The notes beneath the pieces are model-generated. The model saw nothing but the letters and a program-made list of their open reading frames with translations, made no database searches and was not told where the DNA came from. A stretch of 64,000 bases of DNA, from positions 174,381 to 238,380 of the forward strand of contig MNCI01000811.1 of NCBI GenBank assembly GCA_015680685.1, read 5' to 3'. A program made the position numbers and the translations under genes. Origin of the DNA: Gnetum montanum (lineage: Eukaryota > Plantae > Gnetophyta). Shown piece by piece: positions 1 through 11,725 of the stretch. Numbering within the stretch: the stretch's first letter is position 1; each line of letters opens with the position of its first letter.

Positions 1-360
1 GGAATCATGACTTAAAATTGATACCACTAAACAGTCCTAGCATCATGACTTAAAATTGATACCACAAAAAATTCCTGGGGCCATGACTTGAAACTGGTAC
101 CATAGAATGTCCTGGAGTCATGACAATAAACCAACACCACATAGCTCTATCCGATATGATGCTAAACTGCCACATCTATCTGCCATGATGTAAAACAAGC
201 ATCCAGAGTCCACTAAGACTATAAAATGGTTTGCCTCTTTACAGTCCACCATGACTATAAACTAGCAATGCACCATCCACTATGACGCTAAACTGGTGTT
301 GTCCAAAGGATCATGACATGAAACTAACCTGGGACAGTCTGCTAAGACTATAAACTGGTG
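1..360 (+). repeat. Post-pol array of GTC-loop-GAC-N(1-2)TAAACT units (element E)
   Basis: About 10 degenerate units, e.g. gtccaccatgactataaactag and gtctgctaagactataaactgg. Confidence 0.8.
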
Positions 361-1523
361 ACATCATTGACAACCAGGAAAAACTTGAAAAGATGTGTTG
401 CTGCAATTGGTTGTTCATCTTCCACCAAGACTTGCTGCATAAGTTGTCTCATGGACCCTAATGAGGCTAATGTTGTTCATGATTCTGTCTGCTTTGAAAT
501 TGCACACGATGGCTCCATCTCCTTGTTTAAAGTGCTTAGTTAACCATTTCATTTGTGTTTTTCTTGTCTTCTTGGAGTTGTGTTTGTAGGATGACACACT
601 TGAGGCATTCGTGCATAGGTGCACTTCATCGTGATGACAAGCTGTCATATTTTTCTTGATGCACGTAACTGGGTTAATCAAACCATTCATAAGTACATCC
701 TCGACTCCCAGTACATTCCCTATTTCCCCATCATACCCCCTTATCCTATTCAATTACATCCCCTTGATACATTCCATTTACCTCAAAGCTCTTGATACAT
801 TGTTGCACACCATGACTCTCTAAGTAGTTGCATAAGACAAAAAGCAAGTGCTCTAACATAAGCACAACACTAAAAGCAAGCTCTTTCAAAAATACCAAAG
901 AAAACAAGAAAATAAAAACAAAAAGAAAAGAACAAATAACAAAAAATAAAAAGAACAAAAAGGTCAAAGAGCAAAATTCATGAAAAAGGTCTTCATGACC
1001 CCATTCACATCATAAACTAAAGACTATTGGCTATTCTCATACAAGCCCTAGGCAAGAAGGCAATTGTCTTGGAAAATAGTCACACTTGTGTCTCAAAGAG
1101 ACCATGTTGCACATCATCATGTAGCTTTGGCTATTTTACAACGGGCCCCATAAACACTCTATAAGAGTCTCGTTTCTCCAAATAATGCACCTCCTAAGTC
1201 TTGGTTCTAAGTCTGCTAAAAAACGGCTACATACAAGGACCAAAGATAAAGCTCATTCACGTGAAAGCATTCCTCTCCCACAATTCTGGCAGTAAATTTA
1301 ATCCTTGATCAACTCCTAGCCCCCCCCCCCCCCTAGTTACAACCAATCCCCTTGCTATCTTGAACTACATTCCTTCAATCCCATGTACTTTTGAAAACAG
1401 TGTGATGACATCTAGCCAAGGGCCAACGGTTAATGCTTGATGCTTGGTTGTTCATGGTGTTTTTCACTTCTTTATCGACACCTCTCCGGTGGATTCCTCC
1501 AGACGTTAACAAAGAGGGACCAA

Positions 1524-3105
1524 TAAAACACCACTAATTTTGGTCTAACACTTTGAGAAAGAACAACTCACACTTGAGCTTTCGAAGGCAAAATTTGGAA
1601 GAATGCATGTTGGCTTGTCCTAGGGAACTCATGCTGGTTTGTAATTTTCTCGATCACACTGAGGTTACACTAGAAGCATGAGTACAATGTGACTGACTCT
1701 CTAATAGACCCAAAATCAAGTGAGAATGATTTTATTTTCATGGTGTAATCCATCCTTGAAGGCCACCAATGTCTACTTCAAGTTTTAGCATTTGGGAATT
1801 CAAATTTGGAGATAAACTATTCACATTTCCTTACGCACGCTATCACACACGTTGAGGTCATGCTGGAAATGTGAGTGTAGCATGCATAACTTTCAGGGCC
1901 CAAAAATGAGTCAAAATTTCAAAGTGCAAGTCATCATCAAGACTCATTGTTGACAACTTTAGACTTCAACCTCTAAAATTCCAAGAAAATTACAAGTTTT
2001 TTTGTAGCTCACGCTGCAGGTCATGCTACGGGTCACGTTGTGGTCAAGCTGCAGTGTGAGTCTAGCATGAGCTACGATAAATGGCTTAAAACAAGGTAAT
2101 TTTAGGCTCAATTTGTCAATCACACTTAGGAAACCCTTACACTTCGAGAATCAAGCTCTAAAATTCAAAATCTGGTGAAGAATTAGAAGTCTTTGCTCAT
2201 TCACGCTGAAGTCACACTGCAGCGTGAGTGTAGTATGTGTACACTGAGGACACACTGAGATAAAATTAACTCACGCTGGAAGTCCTGATTAGGCAAAGAT
2301 GCCTCAAACAGCCATGGAACCACTCGAATCAACATCTACAGTAAGCAAGTTAGAAATCCAGAAGTTTCAAGCTAGCTAGAATCAATTTCTCTTATTATTT
2401 CATTGTAAATTTCCATCATTTATCATTCGTCGAGCTCTTACACTCTAAATTGTATGTGCCATGAGCGTAAGCTGGCTTGAGCGAGTTGTCATACATTGTA
2501 AGATACAATGTACCTAGTCCAGAACATAGCTTGCCCACACACATCCAACTCACATATAGCTGTCCATTGGACACATGTCACTTGATCCGCTTTCCNTTGG
2601 ATAGCTTAGGAAACTCAGACCAACAATCCTTGGGCGCTCGGCACACTTAACTCCTAGCATCCAAGAACTTCTAAAACACATCACATTACATCACCTTGGG
2701 GCTTGGTGCTTGACCTTCCATCCACACGTACAGCTACGCTTTGACCGATGCACATCTTTTCTAAGAAATACAATATAGTTCATTTTGCCAGCCATTATTT
2801 CTGTTTACTCTATTTTACATTTAGTTTATGTTCATTTTACATTTTGTTTATGATACTTCCATACATTTCTATTTACATTTCGTGCACACTGTTTACATTT
2901 TAAAACATTAGTACCCCAGTGTAAGCTGTAGTTTACGCTCAGTGAAGTCCTTGGTTGATTTGTGTGTAGACCATCCAAGGCACTCTACCTTCATTTCCTT
3001 TTCCAGCTTGCCCTCAAGTGAAGGTAGGGTCAGTTGTGTCTGCTCGATGATCTTTCGATGTTTTTTTTCCCTTCTAGCCTTACACCGATCATTTAGGTCA
3101 ATATA
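1524..3105 (+). repeat. 3' LTR of element E (termini decayed: TA...TA for TG...CA)
   Basis: Follows the PPT and starts taaaacaccac, like tgaaacaccac in A. Contains the U5 block aagtccttgg...ccaaggcact shared with A and B. Ends ggtcaatata. Confidence 0.75.
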
Positions 3106-5296
3106 GGGGCTCCATTGCAAAGCCAACATTGAGTCTCATCCACCTCCCCGTACTTGAAGAAGAGGTTGGTCTCATCATGCCCAGAGGTAATCACTGTAAC
3201 CTCTTGGGACTTGCTTGCTACTACAATGGTTAGCAATAAAAATTAGCAAAAGAAAAAGCAAATCATCACTTGAGCACATAAAACCAAATGCATAACTTAA
3301 TGTACCATGTTTGAATAGCATAGGAAATGGTGGAATTTTTGCCAAAACTTCTTCCATGGTAAGCAATCAATGATTGTCCCATTCACTATCCAACCAACCA
3401 AGCTCCTTACCCCTCAAATAGAACTTGGTATACTTGGTTAGGTAGGTTCTGAAATCAAGCCCAAGTTGTTCTATGACACCGACACATACATTTTTGGTAG
3501 ATGAGAACTCTTGCAAAGCCATTTGGGCCAACGCCAATGTATCTGTATTACCATGAAGACCATCCTTGTCAATCACAAACTTGGTAACATGCAAAGTATA
3601 ATAAGCATTTTTGATCATGTAGGAGAAATAATACAACATGCTTGAAACATCTCTATAGGACTCACCTGCCAGCACAATAAATAGTCCCAAGTGGGTTTTG
3701 GAAGTAGGTGCCCATGTGACGGGCAACAAACAACGTGTTGTATTTGTGGTAGCATTTGAATTTAGGCATGTCCCAAATCCAACTCAAGCATATTAAGCCC
3801 CTTGGGGGCCGACTTGATCCTTCTGCCCCTTCGCCCTCAATCAACCCATTAGCCATGAACTTCAAGATGCCTCGATTTGCCCCAAGCAACAACGTTTCAA
3901 CGAGCACGATGACTATTTCGACTGACAAGTGTGACCACACTATCACACTAAATTGATGAAGGAGGACTTCTAAGAACTCCTGAGTGCCCTTCCAGAACCA
4001 GACTACCTAATGCCCCACCTATGCATGGGGATGAGGGACATTAGCCATGGATTCACTTAGGCAGCACATGATGCTTACCAATTCTAGCACAATTAGAATG
4101 GGTTTCAACATAACCCTACATGATAAAGCACCAAACATTTGCACTGTGTTCAAGTGATGATTACTAATGTAGTGTAACATGACCCTCTACTTACAAATTT
4201 TTCCTCAGGCAAGAAATAGTAGGTCCCTGGCACAATAAAATAGAACTAAGTCCTATATGTAGCGTAGCAGGGTGTTACACATAGCGTAGCGTGGCAAGAA
4301 CACCCTACACAAAGTAGTAGCCATGTAGCATGGTAGACATGTCTTGTATAGTGTAGCGTAGTAGCCACACTTTGCACAATAGTGATGGTTGCATTATGCG
4401 TAAAGTAGCAAGACAATTGCACACCATGCAGCATAGAAAAGTGTAATACGACAGATGCAATAGTATGACAAGTGTAAAAATATAACAAGTACAACATGTA
4501 ACAAGCATGGCAATGTAACAAGCATTGCAGTGTAACAAATTTAGTAGCGTAGCAGTGTAGCAAATTTAATGATGTAGTAGCATTGCCAGTCTAACAACAT
4601 AGTAGCGTTGCCAGTCTAATAGCATAGTAGCGTGACAAGCCTATCAGTGTGGCAGCATAACAGGCCTACCAACATAGCAGTGTAGCATAACAGAACTAAA
4701 AAGTAACACAGTCTAATAGTCACAATGACCAGAACAACGTTGCCTAAGAAAAATACTCACAGTGTTCCTATTGCCTCGACCCTACCTCACTACATGAAAA
4801 GTGGCAAAATAAAATGCAAACCAAAAGAAAACCTTCCACTACATATGCTAGGTTATGCTAGACACATGCCACACTTACTAAGAAAATTGGCAAGCCAAAA
4901 CCTCCTCCATGGGTGCTACACTACGCTGAGTGAACATTACGCTGCCCAAAACTATCCAAACCCCCCTACAGTGCTGCATTAGCCATCAACAATGGTGGTC
5001 AGGATAATGTCATGCACCAGCTGTAGCATAACAATTACCATGACCACAGTGGCCAAGGTAATAACAACAGTAATAGGGTGGTAATATTGATAACCACAAT
5101 AACTAAGACGTGGTGATCATAGTGACAATCCCACTTGATACATTACACAAAGCAAATGAGGATATCGTAACACTTACCTGGTGGATGGACCCTCTAGCCT
5201 TTCCTCAATATGTGCCTTGGGGAGGTGTCACAGGGTGTGCCCCATTTCATACACTTTGGCAAGCCATTAATGCCTACATTCACTTTTGTGTGCCAT
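3106..5296 (-). pseudogene. Antisense spacer gene of element C, exons 1 to part of 4 (NIF/FCP1-like pseudophosphatase)
   Basis: Exon 1 5296-5178 (donor GTAAGT). Exon 2 4115-3666 (450 nt; KPILIVLELVS...WFWKGTQEFL...FSVIVWSH...NTLFV...FQNPLGT). Exon 3 about 3588-3306. Exon 4 about 3220-3106. Homologous to A and B. Confidence 0.8.
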
Positions 5297-5426
5297 TGCT
5301 TTGCCTACAAATTGGCTATATCAACTACTACGCTAAGCCTGTTACACTCTATCTTAGCTCGACTGCGCTACGCTATGGATGTTGGCTCTGACAATGAAAA
5401 TGATAAGTTTACCAGGGGTAATCCCC

Positions 5427-5434
5427 TATTTATA
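5427..5434 (-). promoter_or_regulatory. Candidate TATA box of C antisense gene
   Basis: TATAAATA on the minus strand, about 130 bp upstream of ATG 5296. Confidence 0.5.
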
Positions 5435-5608
5435 GTCAACACAGTAAAAAAACTATCACTTTCATGTCCCAAGTAATGCAGAACACCCTTGCAGTGTAGC
5501 ACTACTTTAGCGTAGCATGTCTCCACTGTAGCATAGCACTCAGCTGCAGTGCAGCAAGTAGGTCCACAAAAATTTTCACTTCAGCTTTACAAATTTTGCA
5601 TAGCCATG

Positions 5609-6754
5609 TGAAACACTACAAAATTCGGAGCTTAGTACTTGTCCGACCCCAAACAAGACCTCGAAACTCACAAACGACGTCGGTTGCATGATCGTAACAC
5701 TTAGTTTTTGCTAAGTATATGGGACCAGCGTATACACACAGCGTATACGCCCGGCGTGTATGCCCAATATTCACTTCAGCGTATACGCCCAGCATTCTAG
5801 CGTATACACCCAGCTCTCCGGCGTATACGCCCAGGCACTGCAGATGCGCACGCTCGATGACAGGATCTCCAATGACAGCATGAAGATAACACCGAAGAGC
5901 AAGGATTGAAGCAAGTGGCACCCTTCGACGTATGCGCCTGGCGTATACGCCCAGCATTTCTACGTATACGCCCAGCACCCTGGCGTATACGCCCAGCGTT
6001 CAGCGTCTCCACCCAGTTCACGCCCAGCATTCTAGCATATACGCCCAGCGTATACGCCGACCTGATGCAGCGTATACGCCCAGCAATTGTAACATTTTGT
6101 ATATTTGTAAAGTGTATGCACCCGGTCAACGCGCCATGTGTCTCCCATCCCGAGTCTAGCGTAACAACCTGTATAAAACCCCCATTTTTCCACTTCCGCC
6201 GGACCTTTTGCGAAATCCCGAAGCATACCAGAGAACATTTATGCTGCGCAAAAAAGTAGAAAACCTTCTTACGCTGAGAAGTCCTACACGCTGTGGATCC
6301 AATCTCTTATGCTCCGCTCGCTCTGCAAACTGTCCGAGTCACCTGTGTGTACGCCGGGGCTTTTCGGCCACCTTGTGTTCCCACAATTGCGTTAGACTGG
6401 TGCACTGTACTCTGACTCTGTAATTCCATCGTTTCATTCATTGCAAGTTCTTTTATAGTTTTACGTCAATTTGGCCCATGCCTCGCTCGCGCTTTGTTTG
6501 CATCTGTTTATGTTTTACGCTATTTTTGCTTTGTTTACGCCTGCACGCCGTTTACGCATAACCCAGCGTATTAGCATTTGCATACGCGCGAGGAAATCCT
6601 TGTCTGATCTGTGTGCAGACCACCCAAGGTACTTTGCCTCTGCTACATTCTAGCATGCCCTCAGGCATAGGCAGGGTCTTCTGTACGCATCCTGCGATCC
6701 CGCGGCCTCTATTTTTTTCCTTCCAGCCGGAGATCGACGATTTCAGGTGGTACA
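5609..6754 (+). repeat. 5' LTR of A
   Basis: Direct repeat of 21473-22682. GCGTATACGC-rich U3. TATAAAA at 6172-6178. Confidence 0.96.
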
Positions 6755-6759
6755 GAAAT

Positions 6760-6776
6760 TGGCGCTAGAAGGAGGG
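6760..6776 (+). promoter_or_regulatory. Primer binding site (tRNA-Asn GUU)
   Basis: TGGCGCTAGAAGGAGGG lies 5 nt after the LTR and is complementary to the plant tRNA-Asn 3' end (CCCTCCTTCTAGCG-CCA, recalled rather than searched). Confidence 0.85.
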
Positions 6777-7303
6777 CCTCCTTAAAACCCTTACCTGCAA
6801 CTCCAAGCGTATACGCTGTTAAGCATCTACGCCCCTAATTGTACACCGCCCTAACTTTCCCACTGTTTACGCTGTCTGGTTCTAAAATCTACCTCTTAAC
6901 TGCCCAGCATCAACGTTGCACAGCATTCACGCTCTCAAACATCACCGCTTTGTTTACGCTCATCTAGTTTACGCTCTACTGATTATGCTGTGACTTCTTC
7001 TACAAGCCTGTCTTTTACGCTCTGTTTTCACGCTTCGAACTGTTTTACGCTTTGTACTGTTTTACGCTGCCTGTTTTACGCTCCCACTGTCACCCTGTTT
7101 ACGCTTCCCTATTTACGCCACCCTGTTTCACCTCGCGATCCATCTCACACGTACACTCCCCAACGTCTACGCTGTCTACGCTGTACACGCTGTATACGTT
7201 GTATACGTTGCCCCTATACGCCGTCCACTAGGCGTGTACGCTATTCGTCCTCAAGACATCAACTTCGTAATTCCAGACTTATCCATATTCGCAACGTAGC
7301 ATC

Positions 7304-10300
7304 ATGAATCCTTTAAACAACACCGCTCTCACCGCTCAGACCACCGCCATGGATACCATAGCTGTCCAACAGCCCGTCGCAAAACACCCGGGAATGCAGC
7401 TCACAGCGGGTCCCCGTCGATCCCTAAGGCTGCAAGGGAAGAACCCGGCCTCTAACATTATTACCCAAGATCAGTACAACTTTATCTGCATTAAGATACA
7501 AGCTGACCTAGTTGTTGATCAAGCTGAACTAGAGGTGAAGAGGCAGTTTGAGTTGTATTACAGGGGGGGACGAGAGTTCATCCCAACCCCCTACGATGTA
7601 ATTCCCGTTCCTGAACAATACTCGGAACTCATCACACAACTCCTCCTCCAAAGGAACAATTTGTTGGATCAGCCCGCACTAGAGCCCCAACCAGAGGATG
7701 AGGATGAGTTTTCCGCTCAATCCAAGCAAGGGGAGTCGTTCCATACCTTAAGTCCTCAAGCGCAGGTCAACCCCTTTTTCCATCCCGGCACAAGGGAACT
7801 CATGCCCTTGCCACACCTTAGATTCCTCCAAGCCCAACAGCCACCGCCAGAAACAGCAGCATTAGTCCACGTCCCTCTCCCAAGCGACCCCCAACCCAAC
7901 ACCTTCCCGCTCACACTCATCCCTACGGCCGCGACGGGCCCATCCTCACAAGTGCAGCCACCTATCGATAACACGAGAGCAATGCTCCCACCAAGGGTGA
8001 TAGGGATGCCACACGTGATTTCGGCGTCCACATTCGCCCACTTCATACCACACCTCCAAGCACACATAGCTCCCCAGACAGCAGTAACCCAATAGGGAGC
8101 CCTCGCTCACAATGTGGCAGGGCAATGGCTGCCAAGGGGAGCGCCGTCGTACCAAGCCCCCCATTACCATGCGCCACCTCACGCAATCCCACCAGCCAAT
8201 GTCCCCCAAGCACAACCCCAGCTCCAGCAGCAATAGCCACAGCATTTTCCCTATCACGTGCCACCTGTAGCGCTACCCGCTGTAACCTTCCCACAAACAC
8301 AAGCACCCACGCAGCTTTCAGCCCTTCAGGCTCATACGCAACAATCTAACTTGTATGGTATACTGCAACCCCAAGACACCATATCACCGAGCGCCCAAGA
8401 CTGGGCGGATGCCAAGAAAATAATGCAAGAGCTTACTGAAGAGGTGAAACGCCTCAAAACGGCCGCTGAGGGAAAGCTGAAGATAGTGGATTTCTACAAC
8501 GATGACCCTATCAGCTCTTCTGTCCCTCCTCTGACCCTACCCAAAGGTGTCCCCCTACCAACGCTAACTAAATACAACGGGGAAACAGACCCCAACGCCC
8601 ATTTTATAACATTCAGATTAGAGTGCGCGCTGCTCCAGGCTTGGCCCCACGTCGTCCTTCAAGTATTCCACATGTCCCTCACGGGAAGGGCACTCGACTG
8701 GTACCGAGCCTTGCCCAGGGACTCTATCCTGTCTTTGGACGATCTTTTACGCCAGTTTGTGACCCGGTTCAAGTACAACTTGAAACCCGAGGCCACGTTG
8801 GATAGCCTCATGCAGATCAAGCAAGCACCGCTTAAACCGGTGCAGAAGTTTATTCAGAGATGGAGTGCAGCTCTTAATGAGCTACATGAACCGATCTCTC
8901 CAACGTATCTGCTTACAATATTGAAAGCGGCAGTCAATGATTTTTTCAAGTCCAAACTATATTACCTTAATGTGCACGACCTTAATGAGGCATTTGAACA
9001 AATCAAGAACATAGAGGAGGTGGCTCAAAACAGCCACGACCCCGCATACTTGGCCTTCAGAAACCAACACACTAAAAAGGACAAAGAGAAGGCCAAGACA
9101 ACTATAGTAGCAATAGCGGGAGCACAACAAACAAGCACCACACATCAACACAAACCACCCGTGCCCCCCACTAACTACTATCAGCCTGCTCCTACAGCAA
9201 CCCCAGAGTCATCATCACAAAATCCGATGAACCGTACGCGTAACTTCGAGAGGAAAGAACCCTCTCAGTACACTCCTTTACCGATGAAGCCATCCCAGCT
9301 CTTTGATCAACTCTTAAAGGCTGGATTGATGCAACACAAGCAATTGTCCCTAGCTGCTATCCAAAGACATGACCCGTTCTGTCAACTCGTACAGAACCCA
9401 AGCCTAGCAACTCCGGATGAGCCACCCGTGCCCAAAGGATTTAGGATGGATCGCTTCTGCGACTACCATCAACGCAACGGGCATGGAACGGATTACTGCT
9501 TTACCCTGAAGCAGGACATCCAGAGGATGATTGATGATGGCAAGATCACTTTTGACGAGGCTAACCCTGTCCAACCGCAAAATCAAACTATGGGGGTGTA
9601 TAAAGACCCCCTGAACGCTAAAGGGGCACCGTATGTAATTACTTCAATCCATTGTGATGATGAATCCAGCACATCCTGCATTAACTCCATCTACCCCGAA
9701 AATAAAAAAGAAATGCTTGACAAATCCTACGTAGTTCAGATCCCTCCCGCTGAGTCGACACCCGCCTATCAACCATCCCGTGCCCCGCAGCAGCCGTACG
9801 TAGTCCGAGTGCCCCCCACCGTACCCACTCCCAACACTATGATGCACCAAAAATCATACGTGGTGTGCATCCCTCCACTCAATCCTGCGGATGCATCAAC
9901 CCCTCATGCTCGGCCTACCCCCTTCGTAGTCCGAGTACCATCGACCGTTGCAACAACGGAGGTCCAACCTCCACCCAGACCAACCCCGTACGTCATTAGG
10001 ATACCTGGACAGGCTCCTGCCCAATCATATCCGACCATCCACTCGCAACCCTGACCAGCCCCATAAGTCGTAAAGGTCCCAAGGCAGCCCCAGGCCCCCA
10101 AACCAGCTCCACCTCCACGCTGAGAATGCTTAGCCGTTAAGCTTACCCGGGAACGATTGGAGAAAGAGTGCCAACGGTTAGCTCTGGGACCACCCAAACC
10201 AACTCCACTGAACTCCATGGCTATGTCATCATCCAGCGATCCACCAAACACAGACAGCAACGGTGAACCATCCAAAACACAAGAGCCGCATAACACGGCA

Positions 10301-10332
10301 GGTCCTAACAATAACGACAAACCACCAAAACG
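7304..10332 (+). pseudogene. gag: Gag of A (protease presumably in the N gap)
   Basis: ORFs 7304-8095, 8258-10054 and 10157 onward share one frame, broken by stops. Retrotrans_gag core KYNGETDPNAH...SLTGRALDWY...FVTRF; knuckle CDYHQRNGHGTDYC. Confidence 0.92.
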
Positions 10333-11204
10333 NNNNNNNNNNNNNNNNNNNNNNNNNNNNNNNNNNNNNNNNNNNNNNNNNNNNNNNNNNNNNNNNNNNN
10401 NNNNNNNNNNNNNNNNNNNNNNNNNNNNNNNNNNNNNNNNNNNNNNNNNNNNNNNNNNNNNNNNNNNNNNNNNNNNNNNNNNNNNNNNNNNNNNNNNNNN
10501 NNNNNNNNNNNNNNNNNNNNNNNNNNNNNNNNNNNNNNNNNNNNNNNNNNNNNNNNNNNNNNNNNNNNNNNNNNNNNNNNNNNNNNNNNNNNNNNNNNNN
10601 NNNNNNNNNNNNNNNNNNNNNNNNNNNNNNNNNNNNNNNNNNNNNNNNNNNNNNNNNNNNNNNNNNNNNNNNNNNNNNNNNNNNNNNNNNNNNNNNNNNN
10701 NNNNNNNNNNNNNNNNNNNNNNNNNNNNNNNNNNNNNNNNNNNNNNNNNNNNNNNNNNNNNNNNNNNNNNNNNNNNNNNNNNNNNNNNNNNNNNNNNNNN
10801 NNNNNNNNNNNNNNNNNNNNNNNNNNNNNNNNNNNNNNNNNNNNNNNNNNNNNNNNNNNNNNNNNNNNNNNNNNNNNNNNNNNNNNNNNNNNNNNNNNNN
10901 NNNNNNNNNNNNNNNNNNNNNNNNNNNNNNNNNNNNNNNNNNNNNNNNNNNNNNNNNNNNNNNNNNNNNNNNNNNNNNNNNNNNNNNNNNNNNNNNNNNN
11001 NNNNNNNNNNNNNNNNNNNNNNNNNNNNNNNNNNNNNNNNNNNNNNNNNNNNNNNNNNNNNNNNNNNNNNNNNNNNNNNNNNNNNNNNNNNNNNNNNNNN
11101 NNNNNNNNNNNNNNNNNNNNNNNNNNNNNNNNNNNNNNNNNNNNNNNNNNNNNNNNNNNNNNNNNNNNNNNNNNNNNNNNNNNNNNNNNNNNNNNNNNNN
11201 NNNN
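10333..11204. other. Assembly gap (N run)
   Basis: Run of n. By analogy with B it covers the protease and the end of the gag-PR ORF. Confidence 0.99.
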
Positions 11205-11480
11205 GACGTTAAACTATAACTAGTCCGAAATGACATTAAACTACGATAAAACCCAAAAACACAAAGAAACAATAATAAACAGCAAAAACAAAAAATTACA
11301 ACACTCCCTGTTTGAAAAGACGTTAAACTATCATATCCGCAATGACATACAACTAGCCATGATCAGCAACGGTCGGTCCACTATGAAACATCCACTTTCT
11401 CTAAAAATCATTTGTTTACAATGAGGCCCGAAATGGCCTTAAACTACGCATCGGGGCCCGAAATGGCCTCAAATTAGCGC
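11205..11480 (+). repeat. Post-gag/PR hairpin-TAAACT units (A)
   Basis: gtccgaaatgacattaaact; ggcccgaaatggccttaaact and a second similar unit. Confidence 0.7.
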
Positions 11481-11725
11481 GTATCTTGTTTTCCTTTTAC
11501 AGACCATTTATCTTCAATGTGTCATCTTTAAAACAGAAAAGCAAACCCAAAAAAATTTTAATGTCGTATCGTATGTGCAAAAAACTTAAAATCAACAAAA
11601 AATATTTATTTATGCAATGTTGTACAAATAATGCCTGTTTTTTCTCAGCATTTTTCAGTTACAATGCTCGTGTCAACTGAATCAGCAAAAAAACACTACA
11701 CAAAAAAAAACTAACTACAAAAGCA

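Larger units (their letters stand above)
1..3105 (+). mobile_element. Element E: 3' end (3'UTR, PPT, 3' LTR) of a Tat/Ogre-like Ty3/gypsy element, inserted into element C
   Basis: The 3'UTR is homologous to those of A, B and C. PPT AAAGAGGGACCAA at about 1511-1523. The element's end at about 3105 truncates C's antisense exon 4 at WLCNGAP. Confidence 0.85.

Noticed and set aside
5616-6259. Overlapping ORFs with LGVYA/RIRPA/AYTPS repeats (also 21375-22205)
   Set aside because: These are by-products of the palindromic GCGTATACGC repeats in the LTRs and are open in several frames on both strands.
7304-8095. Separate Ogre-type ORF1 upstream of gag
   Set aside because: It is in the same frame as gag and separated by a single TAG (likely CAG>TAG), so it is treated as an N-terminal Gag extension.
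10157-11272. ORFs of 318-351 aa
   Set aside because: Artefacts of translating through the N gap.
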